From an uncultured Acidobacteriota bacterium (GTDB lineage Bacteria > Acidobacteriota > Thermoanaerobaculia > Gp7-AA8): a DNA stretch of 64,000 nt. Under the pieces are notes generated by a model. It saw only the letters and a program-made list of their open reading frames with translations. It was not told the origin of the DNA and searched no databases. Position numbers and translations under genes: made by a program. Location of the stretch: assembly GCA_963741955.1 (NCBI GenBank), contig CAVUKB010000004.1, positions 256,001-320,000 on the forward strand, read 5' to 3'. This document shows, one piece after another, positions 18,051 to 28,374 of the stretch; positions within the stretch are counted from its first letter, which is position 1; every line of letters starts with the position of its first letter.

Positions 18051-20945
18051 ATGTTCAAATTGGGAACGAGCAGCGTCGCCGTCGATGCGGAGTCACTCGA
18101 GTCGGAGCTTCGCGAGATCATTGAAGGCGAGGTCCGGTTCGACAACGGGAGCCGCGCGATGTACTCGGTCGACGCGTCGAACTACCAGCAGATTCCGATC
18201 GGGGTGGTGATTCCCGGATCGACGGAAGACATCATTCAGACCATCCGTCTCGCGCGCCGCTGGGGCGCTCCGGTCCTCTCACGCGGCGGCGGAACCAGCC
18301 TCGCCGGACAATGCTGCAACGTCGCGGTGGTCATGGACCACTCGAAGTACTACAACCGCATCCTCGAGCTGAACGCGAAAGAGCAGTACGCGATCGTCGA
18401 GCCCGGCTGCGTCCTCGACGACCTGCGCGACAAAGCCGAGCAGCACCATCTCACTTTCGGCCCCGACCCCGCCACGCACAACCGCTGCACGCTCGGCGGA
18501 ATGCTCGGCAACGACTCCTGCGGCCCGCACTCGGTGATGGCCGGCCGCACCGCCGACAATGTTCAGGAGCTGGAGATCGTCACGTACGACGGCCTGCGGA
18601 TGAAAGTCGGTCCCACGCCGGAAGACGAGCTGCAGAAGATCATCGAGATGGGAGGTCGCCGAGGCGAGATCTACCGCCGGATGCGCGATCTGCGCGATCG
18701 CTTCGGTGACGAGATCCGAAAGCGCTACCCCGACATTCCACGCCGCGTCTCGGGTTACAACCTCGACGAGCTTCTCCCGGAGAAAGGATTCAACGTCGCA
18801 CGCGCGCTGGTGGGAAGCGAAGGGACGCTCGTCACCATCCTCAACGCGAAGCTCCGGCTGATTCCGAGTCCTCCGGCACGAGCGCTCCTCGTTCTCGGGT
18901 ACGACAGCGTCTTCAGCGCCGGCGATCACATCCCCGACGTCATGGAGACCGGGCCGACCGCGTGTGAAGGAATCGACGACCGGCTCACCGAGTACATGCG
19001 GAAGAAGGATTTCCACGTGGAGTACCTGAAGTACCTGCCGGAAGGGAAGGGGTGGCTCCTCGTCGAGTACGGTGGCGAGACACGCGAGGAAGCGCAGCAG
19101 AAAGCGCGAGAAGCGATGGAAAAGCTCGAGAACACCGACCATCCTCCGGCGATGGAGCTCTACGACGACAAAGACAAAGAGGAGCACGTCTGGCAGGTCC
19201 GTGAGTCGGGACTCGGCGCAACAGCATTCGTCCCCGGGATTCCCGATGCCTGGCCCGGATGGGAAGACTCCGCAGTTCCCCCCGACCGGGTCGGCGATTA
19301 CCTTCGCGAATTCCGGAAGAAGCTGGACGAATACGGTTACCAGTGCTCGCTCTATGGACACTTCGGACAGGGCTGCATTCATACCCGGATCGACTTCGAC
19401 CTCCGGGGGAATGAAGGCCTCACGAAGTACCGGAAGTTCGTCGACGAAATGGCGGACATCGTGGTCTCCTTCAACGGCTCTCTCTCCGGCGAGCACGGCG
19501 ACGGTCAGGCGCGCGCCGCACTTCTCCCGAAGATGTTCGGCGAAGATCTCGTCGGAGCGTTTCGCGACTTCAAGAAGATCTGGGATCCGGAGTGGAAGAT
19601 GAACCCGGGCAAGGTGGTCGACGCATACGACATCACGGAGAACCTTCGACTCGGGACCGATTACGAACCGTGGGAGCCCGAGACCGGGTTCGCGTATCCC
19701 GAAGACCACTTCAACTTCGCGCGTGCGACGCTCCGCTGCGTCGGGGTCGGCAAGTGCCGTCGCAAGAGCGGCGGAACGATGTGCCCGAGCTACATGGTCA
19801 CCCACGAGGAGAAGCACACCACGCGCGGCCGGGCGCATCTTCTCTTCGAGATGCTGAACGGCAAGGTGATCACCGACGGCTGGAGATCGGAAGAGGTGAA
19901 GGAGTCGCTCGATCTCTGTCTCGCGTGTAAAGGATGCAAGGGCGACTGCCCGGTGGACGTCGACATCGCGACTCTCAAGGCGGAGTTTCTCTCCCACTAC
20001 TACAAAGGAAAGATCCGTCCCCGATCCGCCTATGCGTTCGGTCTGATCATGTACTGGGCGCGGATCGCTTCGAAGATGCCGAACGTGGTGAACTTCCTCG
20101 CCGAGACACCGCCGTTTTCCGGCATCGCGAAGAAGCTCGCCGGCATGCCGGAGGAGCGCGAGATTCCGAAGTTCGCGCCGCGTACGTTCAAGGAGTGGTT
20201 TGCGAACCGCGATCTCTACAACCTCGGCGGACCGAAGGTGATCCTCTGGCCGGACACCTTCAACAACCACTTCCACCCGCACATCGCACGCGCCGCGGTC
20301 ACGGTTCTCGAGTCGGGCGGCTACAACGTGATCGTGCCGATGCAGAAGCTCTGCTGCGGCCGGCCTCTCTACGACTACGGCTTCCTCGATCTCGCGAAGA
20401 AGCTTCTCCGCCAGATCATGCGGACCCTCCGGAACGAGATCCGGGCCGGCATTCCGATCGTCGGCCTCGAGCCGAGTTGCGTCTCCGTCTTTCGCGACGA
20501 ATTGAAGGGAATGTTTCCGAACGACGAGGATGCGAAGCGTCTCAACAAGCAGGTCTACACTCTCTCGGAGTTCCTGGAGAACAACGAGGAGCGCTTCCGC
20601 TTTCCGCGCCTGGAACGGAAAGCCGTGGTTCACGGGCATTGCCATCACAAGTCGATTCTCGGGATGAACCCCGAGGAGGAGATCTTCAGGAAGATCGGCC
20701 TGGACGCCGATCTGGTCGACTCCGGATGCTGCGGCATGGCGGGATCGTTCGGCTTCGAAGAGGACAAGTACGACGTTTCGATCGCCTGCGGCGAGCGAGT
20801 GCTCCTTCCGAAGGTGCGCGAGACTCCGGAGGAGGAGATCCTCATCGCGGATGGGTTCAGCTGCCACGAGCAGGTGCGCCAGCAGACCGGCCGGCAGACG
20901 CTGCATCTCGCAGAAGTGTTGCAATTGGCCCTTCGTCAGAGGTAA
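18051..20945 (+). CDS. FAD-linked oxidase fused to 4Fe-4S/CCG domains (YdiJ/GlcDF-like)
   Basis: RGGGTSLAGQ, SGEHGDG, CVGVGKC, CLACKGCKGDC, CCG motifs. Confidence 0.93.
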   Translation: MFKLGTSSVAVDAESLESELREIIEGEVRFDNGSRAMYSVDASNYQQIPIGVVIPGSTEDIIQTIRLARRWGAPVLSRGGGTSLAGQCCNVAVVMDHSKYYNRILELNAKEQYAIVEPGCVLDDLRDKAEQHHLTFGPDPATHNRCTLGGMLGNDSCGPHSVMAGRTADNVQELEIVTYDGLRMKVGPTPEDELQKIIEMGGRRGEIYRRMRDLRDRFGDEIRKRYPDIPRRVSGYNLDELLPEKGFNVARALVGSEGTLVTILNAKLRLIPSPPARALLVLGYDSVFSAGDHIPDVMETGPTACEGIDDRLTEYMRKKDFHVEYLKYLPEGKGWLLVEYGGETREEAQQKAREAMEKLENTDHPPAMELYDDKDKEEHVWQVRESGLGATAFVPGIPDAWPGWEDSAVPPDRVGDYLREFRKKLDEYGYQCSLYGHFGQGCIHTRIDFDLRGNEGLTKYRKFVDEMADIVVSFNGSLSGEHGDGQARAALLPKMFGEDLVGAFRDFKKIWDPEWKMNPGKVVDAYDITENLRLGTDYEPWEPETGFAYPEDHFNFARATLRCVGVGKCRRKSGGTMCPSYMVTHEEKHTTRGRAHLLFEMLNGKVITDGWRSEEVKESLDLCLACKGCKGDCPVDVDIATLKAEFLSHYYKGKIRPRSAYAFGLIMYWARIASKMPNVVNFLAETPPFSGIAKKLAGMPEEREIPKFAPRTFKEWFANRDLYNLGGPKVILWPDTFNNHFHPHIARAAVTVLESGGYNVIVPMQKLCCGRPLYDYGFLDLAKKLLRQIMRTLRNEIRAGIPIVGLEPSCVSVFRDELKGMFPNDEDAKRLNKQVYTLSEFLENNEERFRFPRLERKAVVHGHCHHKSILGMNPEEEIFRKIGLDADLVDSGCCGMAGSFGFEEDKYDVSIACGERVLLPKVRETPEEEILIADGFSCHEQVRQQTGRQTLHLAEVLQLALRQR

Positions 20946-20987
20946 AAGGCCGCGGGCGATGCGGATTCGAGGTGTGGCCCCCGACGC

Positions 20988-21710
20988 ATGAAGACGATCG
21001 ACGAGGAAGAGGATCTCGGAACCGCACCGAAGGCGGCGCGCTGGTTCACCATCGGATTGATCGTGATCGCGGTCGCTGCGGTCACCGTCGCCTTCATCGG
21101 GCAGCGGCAGGGATGGATCGACGTTGCCGCGATTGCGAAATGGGTCCGCAGTGTGGGCGGAACGTGGTGGGCCCCTCTCGCATTCGTCGGACTCTTCGCG
21201 GTGTTCAACGTCCTCGCCCTTCCGGGCACCATCCTCACCATCACCGCGGGAATCGTCTGGGGATGGGTTCTCGGCGGGACCTACGCCTGGATCGGTGGCC
21301 TGATCGGAAACCTGGTTCCGTACTATCTCGCGAGGAGAGGCGCCCCGTGGATCGAAGAAGCGGTCCTCTCCGGGCGCCGCCGGCAGAAGATTCTCGAGAG
21401 ACTGCGGCGTCAGGGATTCACATCACTTCTGGTGATGCGATTGATTCCGCTGATCCCCTACAACGTTCTCAATTACGCATCGGGATTCGCGGACATCGCA
21501 TTCCGCGACTACTTCTTCGCCACCGCGATCGGCCGTGCGCCCGGCTCCTACATCTACGCGTTCTTCGCCGATGCGATCACCAGCCATCTTATGAGCCAGC
21601 AGGGGGCGATGGTCCGCATCCTCATCGCGGGGGCAATCCTCGTCGCGCTCGTCCTCACGACGCAGTTTCTCGCCCGCCGCTGGCGGCAGCGCGAGAAACT
21701 GGACGAGTGA
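20988..21710 (+). CDS. TVP38/TMEM64 (VTT/DedA superfamily) membrane protein
   Basis: RLIPLIPYNVLNYASG; several hydrophobic helices. Confidence 0.9.
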   Translation: MKTIDEEEDLGTAPKAARWFTIGLIVIAVAAVTVAFIGQRQGWIDVAAIAKWVRSVGGTWWAPLAFVGLFAVFNVLALPGTILTITAGIVWGWVLGGTYAWIGGLIGNLVPYYLARRGAPWIEEAVLSGRRRQKILERLRRQGFTSLLVMRLIPLIPYNVLNYASGFADIAFRDYFFATAIGRAPGSYIYAFFADAITSHLMSQQGAMVRILIAGAILVALVLTTQFLARRWRQREKLDE

Positions 21711-21740
21711 CCCCACCTCGTTCGATGCAAGGCGGCATAT

Positions 21741-22020
21741 GTGAGTCGGGCGTCCCGCCCGATGCAGGACGGTATCTGTGGGTTGGACGTCCCGTCCGAT
21801 GCAGGGCGGCGTCCCGCGCCGGCCTGCCCGGGGCAAGTTACGACGATCCTTCCGAGTAGAGAGCCACGAACGTACCGCCGCGCGAGAGGAACGATCCGCG
21901 CTTCGTTGAGGTCATCGCGCCCCGGCAGGAATGCCGGGGCGCCTCGCACAGGATGTGCGACCCACTGTGGGTTCGGCGTCCTCGCCCGATGCAGGCGGCG
22001 TCCCGCGCGCCGCCCTGTCC
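21741..22020. repeat. Cluster of REP-like palindromes GTG(A/G)G-stem-TCC-stem
   Basis: Copies at 21741(+), 21778(+), 21944-21965(-) and 21967(+), plus an 11-bp stem hairpin at 21917-21942. Confidence 0.75.
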
Positions 22021-23472
22021 GGCGGCCATGCAACGACACTCGCACCACGCATACAGACTCGAACCACTCTGGTGAATCTCAACGCCCCCGAGGAGTGGCG
22101 ACCGAGCGATCTCGAGGCCGGCCGTGATCCGATCCGGATCCCGCCGTCCGCATCGTCTCTGGTGTCCGGGATGTTCACCTCGATCGAAGTCGGCAGCTCC
22201 GTTCTCGAGATCCCGGGAGGGAGTCCGATCGCCCCGCAGGAGGCGAAGGTCGTCGACGCGAGCGAGTGGAGCCGGCGGGAGAATGCGGCGGCCCTGGAAG
22301 CGGTCGAGCAAATGCACGACAAGAGCCGCATGAGCTCCCTGCGGATGCGCGAGACTCTCGATCTCGCGGTCGAGTCGCTGGTCGAGCACAGTCGCTGGAA
22401 GGACGTGCTCGATCTCACCGACTGGATCGAGCCTTCGTCCAAAGGCATTCCACGCGACCTCCTCGCGAACCGTACCATCGCTCTGGTGCGAAGCCAGCGT
22501 CTCGGAGATGCGCGGGAGCTGGCTCTCGGCGGAGCGGTTCGCGACGCGATGCACCGGCAGCCCGATCCGGCATTGATCATCGATCTCGCCGAATCGATGA
22601 GCGCGGCCGGTGATTTCGAGACCGCGATCGAGCTGTACAAGCGCGCCATGAACATGGCCGACGCTCCGGACGTCTCTCAACGCCTTCGACAGCTCGAACT
22701 GCGGGAGTCGCTCGCCTCCACCGGACGCACGGTTCAGATGCGTCATTTCGACATTCGTTGTACTGCAGACGTGACCCCGCAGGCGGCACACGAGATCGGG
22801 GACATTCTCGAGAAGGAGTTGAGCCGGCTCGGCCCGACCTTCGGTGTGAGCTCGTTCCGTCCAGTGCGGGTGAACGTCCTCGGGTGGGGAAAATTCGTCA
22901 CCCGTCTCACGTTGAATACCGACGTCCTCGGCTTCTACGACGGAGACATCACGGTCCCGCTGGCGAGCGTTTCACAATTTACTCCGGAGATCGTGAATAT
23001 CCTCACCCACGAGCTCACTCACGCCGTGATCGCTCAGGCCTCGAACGACAGCGCTCCTCGCTGGTTCCAGGAAGGCGTCGCGGAGCGTATGGAGAAGGGG
23101 GGCGGCAGACCGAACATCTTCCGTTCCCGGACGCCGGATCAGATCCTTTCCGTTTCGCTGCTCGACGCAACGATGAACCACTCGATCGATCCGGAGGCGG
23201 TCGGCGACGCATACGCCGTTGCGGATGCGTTCATTCAGTATCTCCAGACCCAGTATGGACCGGACGTGCTCCAGAAGATGATCGCCGCCTACCGCGACGG
23301 AGCGGATACGGACGAAGCTCTCAGACGGGTGACGGGCCACAGCGTGAGCGATCTCGATCGCAGCTTTCGCGACTGGGGCCGGACGGCGACGTTCGCAGGC
23401 AAGACCGAACAGAGTGAGCGTCCGCTTCTGGTGCCGGGGATTCGATTCAGCCGCGACCGCGAGAAGCAGTGA
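21931..23472 (+). CDS. TPR-like plus peptidase MA (gluzincin) domain protein; start uncertain, possibly 5'-truncated
   Basis: HELTH...WFQEGVAE; TPR-like LAESMSAAGDFETAIELYKRA; the nominal start lies inside the REP-like cluster. Confidence 0.7.
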   Translation: MPGRLAQDVRPTVGSASSPDAGGVPRAALSGGHATTLAPRIQTRTTLVNLNAPEEWRPSDLEAGRDPIRIPPSASSLVSGMFTSIEVGSSVLEIPGGSPIAPQEAKVVDASEWSRRENAAALEAVEQMHDKSRMSSLRMRETLDLAVESLVEHSRWKDVLDLTDWIEPSSKGIPRDLLANRTIALVRSQRLGDARELALGGAVRDAMHRQPDPALIIDLAESMSAAGDFETAIELYKRAMNMADAPDVSQRLRQLELRESLASTGRTVQMRHFDIRCTADVTPQAAHEIGDILEKELSRLGPTFGVSSFRPVRVNVLGWGKFVTRLTLNTDVLGFYDGDITVPLASVSQFTPEIVNILTHELTHAVIAQASNDSAPRWFQEGVAERMEKGGGRPNIFRSRTPDQILSVSLLDATMNHSIDPEAVGDAYAVADAFIQYLQTQYGPDVLQKMIAAYRDGADTDEALRRVTGHSVSDLDRSFRDWGRTATFAGKTEQSERPLLVPGIRFSRDREKQ

Positions 23473-23497
23473 GCGTACGCGCCGCGGAAGCGTCGTC

Positions 23498-26400
23498 TCA
23501 GGCGCGGCGGCCGAGGATCTCGGCGGCGGAATGAGCGAGGACTTCGGGATCGACCGGCTTGCGAAGGTAGGCGGTGAATCCGGCGGCCAGCGCGCGCTCG
23601 CGGTCCTCCGGACGGCCGTAAGCTGTCAGCGCGATCGCGGGAACCACGCCGTCACTTTCTGCTCGAGCCGACAGGCGGCGCACCAGCGAGAAGCCGTCTT
23701 CTCCCGGCATCGCCAGGTCACTCACGATCAGCTCCGGATTCCACCCTTCCATCAGCGCGAGAGCATCCGCGACCGAAGCCGCGGTGCGGACGCTCGCGCC
23801 GCAACGCTCGAGAACGGTGGTGACGTAGAGTCGCGCTTCGAGATCGTCGTCGACCACCAGGAGGCGGCGCTGCAGGAGTGAGGGGAGGCCTCGCGGCTCC
23901 CGCCGTCGCCGCCGCATGACTCTCCTGGCGCGCCAGGAGCGGAAGAAGGACTTCGAAAGTCGCTCCCTCTCCTTCGCCGTCACTCATTGCGCGCACCTCT
24001 CCTCCATGGAGCTCGACCAGATGCCGGACGATCGAGAGGCCGAGACCGAGCCCTCCCATCGCTTCGAGAACTGCTGCTGTCGCCCTGGCGGAATCGTTCG
24101 AACACGTGCGGCAGAAGATCGGGAGCGATCCCCTTTCCCGAGTCGGTCACCCGAATTCTCGCCGACGCTTCGGTACCGTCGAGACGCACGGTCACCGTTC
24201 CTCCCTTCGGGGTGAACTTGATCGCATTCGAGAGAAGATTCCAGATCACCTGGCGGAGGCGATCCTCGTCACCCGATACCACTCCCGAGAACTCCTGCAG
24301 ATCGAGATCGACGTGGATCGATCTGGCCTCGGCGGCGGTCCGCACCGCCTCGAGTGCCGAGATGATGATCGGCCCGAGCTCGGTCGGTGCCATCTCCAGG
24401 CGCATCTTCCCCGTGATGATTCGAGAGACGTCGAGAAGGTCGTCGATGATCCGCGACTGTGCGAGGGTGCTGCGATGGATCGAGTCGATCCCGAGCTTCA
24501 AAGTCTGCGGGTCGGAGGTTCCGAGCGCCAGCATGCGCGACCACCCGAGCGTCGCCGTCATCGGTGTGCGGAGCTCGTGAGAGAGCGTGGCGAGGAACTC
24601 GTCTTTGGTTCGGTTGGCCTCTTCCGCTTCCTCTCGCGCGCTCTGGGCCGCCTCATAGAGGCGGGCACGCTCGAGCGCCTGGGCACATTGCTGCGCGACG
24701 GCACTCATGAACTCGCGGTCGTGTTCGCCGAACTCCCGCACCGACGGAAAACGGATACCGATTGCTCCGAGGATCTCCCCATGGAGTTGCAGCGGAATCG
24801 CTGCGAGAGCTTCTCCCTCGACCGCCATACGGCCTCGAAGAGTGGGATAGCGGTCGAAGAACGTGTGACCATCGGGAAACAGAAGAATTCTCTTCTCCCG
24901 GATGCAGTCGTTGAGCGGATGATCTTCGTCCGGTGGGACGGTTCTCCAGCGCCGGGCCGCGTCTTCCGAGAACCCCGATGTATGTGCCAGCTCGAGGCAA
25001 CGCTCGGATTCGGACCAGACGGCGAACGAGCCGGCCGTTCCGCCGAGTGCCGCAAGACCCTCGCCGATCGCGATGGACGCGATCTGCTGGAGACTTCCGG
25101 CGCGGGCGAGAGACGCAGTGATCGATTGCAGGAGTGTCAATCGCAACGCCGCGGCTTCCGCTTCGGTCCGGGCTTCCTGTTCGCGGCGGAAGAGGAGCGC
25201 ATTGTCGATGGAGATGGCCGCGCGGTGCGCGAGGTTCTCGACGAATCGAAGATCGGCCTGGGTGAAGACCCGTTTCGAATCCGAGAGCACCATCGAGATC
25301 GCTCCCAGCCGGCTTCCCCTCGCGATCAGAGGGACGATGATGGCCGAAGAGAAGCCGGCCGTGCGAAGAAGATCGAGATGCTCGGAATCGCGTGCGGCGT
25401 TCCTCAACATCTCGTCGGTGATGGTCTCGAAGAGCTTCGACGATCCGCTGCGGAGCACCTCGTGGACCACCGAAGTGCCGGGATCGGGAGGATAGCGGCG
25501 TCGGAGCTCCGTCGCCCAGCGAATCATCTGCGGGTCGCGGTGAGCGAGCGCCAGCCGGCGCAGCGATCCGCCGGGCTCGAGAACGTCGACCGTGCACCAG
25601 TCGGCGATGCCGGGGACCGCGAGCTGCGCGACCCTCGTGAGCGTGGTCTCGTAGTCCAGTGAGGCGGAGAGCTGTTCGCTCGCCTCGGCGAGAACCTGCG
25701 TCGCTTTCTCCGCCCGGCGACGCTCGGTGATGTCCGCCACGATGGAAACGATCTGGCTCTGGTGTTTCGCCGTCGCGGGAAGTCGGGCCGTCCAGATCGC
25801 GACGTCGATGATTGTCCCGTCTTTGCGGCGCCGCCGGGCTTCGATCCCTCGTGCGTCGCTTCCGCTCTCCACCTGCCGGAGGTAGGCGAGAAACTCCTCC
25901 ATCTCGTCTTCGGGCACGGTGGGGAGCCGTGATCCGACGATCTCTTCTCTCCTCCAGCCGAAGATATGTTCCGCAGCCCGGTTCCAGAGGAGCAGCCGTC
26001 CGTCCCCGGTCAGGAGCATGACCGCGAGCGGAGAGGCGTCGATCACTCCGGAGAGGAGCGCGTTGCTCCGCTCGAGGTCTTCTTCGGTCTTCCGTCGCTC
26101 CGTGATGTCCCGGAAGATGTTGATCGCGTAGCGGACGCTCCCATCGGCGGCGAAAGCGGGAGTCGATTTCACGATCGCCCAGCGATCTTCATCCGCGCCC
26201 CGAGAGCGGAAGCGGAGGAGCTTCGACGGCGGCGACTCCCCGTTGGTTGCCTGCCGTCCGGGAAGGTCGTCCACCGAGAGAGGAGCGCCGGATTCGTCGA
26301 ACATCTCGAATCCACCGGCCACGTCGTCCCCCGCCCGCGCAAGGAGATCGTCCGTCCCGGAACCGATCATCTCGGCGGCCGCCCGGTTGGCGAAGACGAG

Positions 26401-27009
26401 TTTTCCCGAGACGTCCTGGGCGGTGATGCCGTCGGCGACGCCGTCGAGAATCAGCTCCAGCTGCTCGTGAGAGTTGCGGAGCGCTTCTTCGCCGCGGGCA
26501 CGCTCGACGCCGAGCGCCACGTGTCGCGCGATGGCCACGGAGAGCGCGATCTCTTCATCCGTGAACTCGTGCGGCTGGTCGAAGTAAGTCATGAACTTGC
26601 CGACCAGGCGTCCGGAAGCCACGAGCGGAATGAAGCCGAGAGCCCGGATCCCTTCGCCGACGATCGTCTCGCGCAGCGCGGCGAGCGAAGGATCTTCGAG
26701 CACGTCGCGTACGGTGACCGGGAGAGGATTCGCCGCGTCGGCGGACCACGGTGAATGTCCTTCGGCAGCGGCGATGTAGCGCTCGGATAGCCCGCGTGAG
26801 GCGCGGAATCGCATCACCTGGGCAGCGTCGAACGTGAGCACGGCGGCGCGATCGGCTCCGATCGCGACTTCGATCGCGTCGAGCGCGCGGTGGTAGATCT
26901 GTTCGAGATCATTCGTCTCGCTCAGACTCGCAGTGAGCTGCACGATCATCTGCAGCTGTGCTACGCGCCGGGCCAGGACGTTCTCGAGACCGCCACCCGA
27001 GGATTCCAT
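23498..27009 (-). CDS. Hybrid sensor kinase GAF-PAS-PAS-GAF-GAF-HisKA-HATPase-REC with two frameshifts (about 24062 and 23890)
   Basis: LSHELRTP, NLLSNAIKFT, DSGKGI, then GLGLGL in a second frame and VVDDD/DLAMP/ALTAY/KP in a third; GGAG RBS before the ATG at 27009. Confidence 0.88.
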
Positions 27010-27060
27010 ACTCCATCCGAGTGTAAACGAGAGGGAGAGGCTCGGGCGAGCAGGACCGTG

Positions 27061-27300
27061 AGAGAGAGGCGAGGAACGAGAGGCGAGAGGCGAGAGGCGA
27101 GAGACGAGGGACGAGAGGCGAGAGGCGAGAGGCGAGAGGCGAGAGACGAGGGACGAGAGGCGAGAGGCGAGAGACGAGGGACGAGAGGCGAGAGGCGAGA
27201 GGCGAGGGACGAGAGGCGAGAGGCGAGAGACGAGGGACGAGAGGCGAGGGGGAGGGGCGAGGACGAGGAGGGGCGAGGGACGAGGGGCGAGAGTGAGAGT
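27061..27300. repeat. Purine-rich heptamer array CGAG(AGG/AGA/GGA), roughly 30 units
   Basis: Read directly; lies between divergent genes. Confidence 0.95.
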
Positions 27301-27326
27301 GCGACTCTGCTTCATAATGGTCTCGC

Positions 27327-28298
27327 ATGAAGGCACGGGTTCTGGTCATCGGTTCCGGCGTTTCGGGTCTCACCTCCGCGCTTCGATTGCGCGAAGAGGG
27401 GTTCGATGCGCACATCGTCGCGAAGGATCTCGCGTTGGAGACGACGTCGAGCGTCGCTGCGGCACTCTGGTATCCGTACCGGGCGTACCCTCTCGACCGC
27501 GTAGTTGCGTGGGGAATGGAGAGTCTGGAGCGTTTCCGCGAGTTCGCGCGCGACCGCGCGAGCGGAATCACCGACGTCCCGCTGCAGGAGCTCCTCACGG
27601 ACGAAGGGAGCGATCCGGGATGGCGACGCGATCTCCCCGACTTCAGGATCCTCCGTCGGGACGAGCTGCCGCCGGGATACCGGAGCGGTTTTTCGGCGAC
27701 GGTTCCAGTGATCGAGACGCCGGTATACCTGCCGTGGCTCGAAGCGCGCTTCCGCTCGGCGGGAGGGAGAATCACGCCGAGGACGATCGACAATCTGGTG
27801 GACGCCGCCGCGGGCGTCGATCTCGTCGTGAACTGCTCCGGTCTCGGCGCGCGGACGCTCTGCGGGGACACGTCGCTCCATCCGATCCGTGGCCAGCTGG
27901 TGAGAACGGAAAAGGGGGACGTCGCGCGCGCGACGGTCGACGAGGAGGGCCCGGGTGACGCCACGTACATCGTGCCGCGAAGCCACGATTGCATCCTCGG
28001 ATCGACCAGTGGAGTGAACGACTGGCGGACCGAAACCGATCCTCACGAAACGGAGGAGATCCTTGCGCGTTGCAGGCGTCTCGATCCGCGGGTGGCTGAG
28101 CTCGAGGTGCTCGACGTGCGTGTCGGTCTGCGCCCGGGCCGTCCGGCCGTCCGTCTGGAGATCGAGCGGATGCCGCACGGAGCGGTGATCCACAACTACG
28201 GACACGGCGGGTCGGGTGTGACGCTCTCGTGGGGATGCGCGAACGAGGTGGTTCGCCTGGCCGAAGCTTGCATCACGCACCAGTCCGGCCGACAATAG
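27327..28298 (+). CDS. D-amino-acid oxidase family FAD oxidoreductase
   Basis: GSGVSG, PIRGQ, GLRPGR, HNYGHGGSG; CATAAT just upstream suggests a leaderless or short-leader mRNA. Confidence 0.92.
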   Translation: MKARVLVIGSGVSGLTSALRLREEGFDAHIVAKDLALETTSSVAAALWYPYRAYPLDRVVAWGMESLERFREFARDRASGITDVPLQELLTDEGSDPGWRRDLPDFRILRRDELPPGYRSGFSATVPVIETPVYLPWLEARFRSAGGRITPRTIDNLVDAAAGVDLVVNCSGLGARTLCGDTSLHPIRGQLVRTEKGDVARATVDEEGPGDATYIVPRSHDCILGSTSGVNDWRTETDPHETEEILARCRRLDPRVAELEVLDVRVGLRPGRPAVRLEIERMPHGAVIHNYGHGGSGVTLSWGCANEVVRLAEACITHQSGRQ

Positions 28299-28374
28299 CG
28301 CGCCAGAAACCATCCATCCATCAGGTCGAACCTGTCTCGGCCGGTCGACTGCACTTTCAGCGAGGAGGACGGAA

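Noticed and set aside
14790-20924. Long antisense ORFs (995 aa, 881 aa; also 5089-7713 and 51637-54429)
   Set aside because: Shadow frames of GC-rich genes with no motifs.
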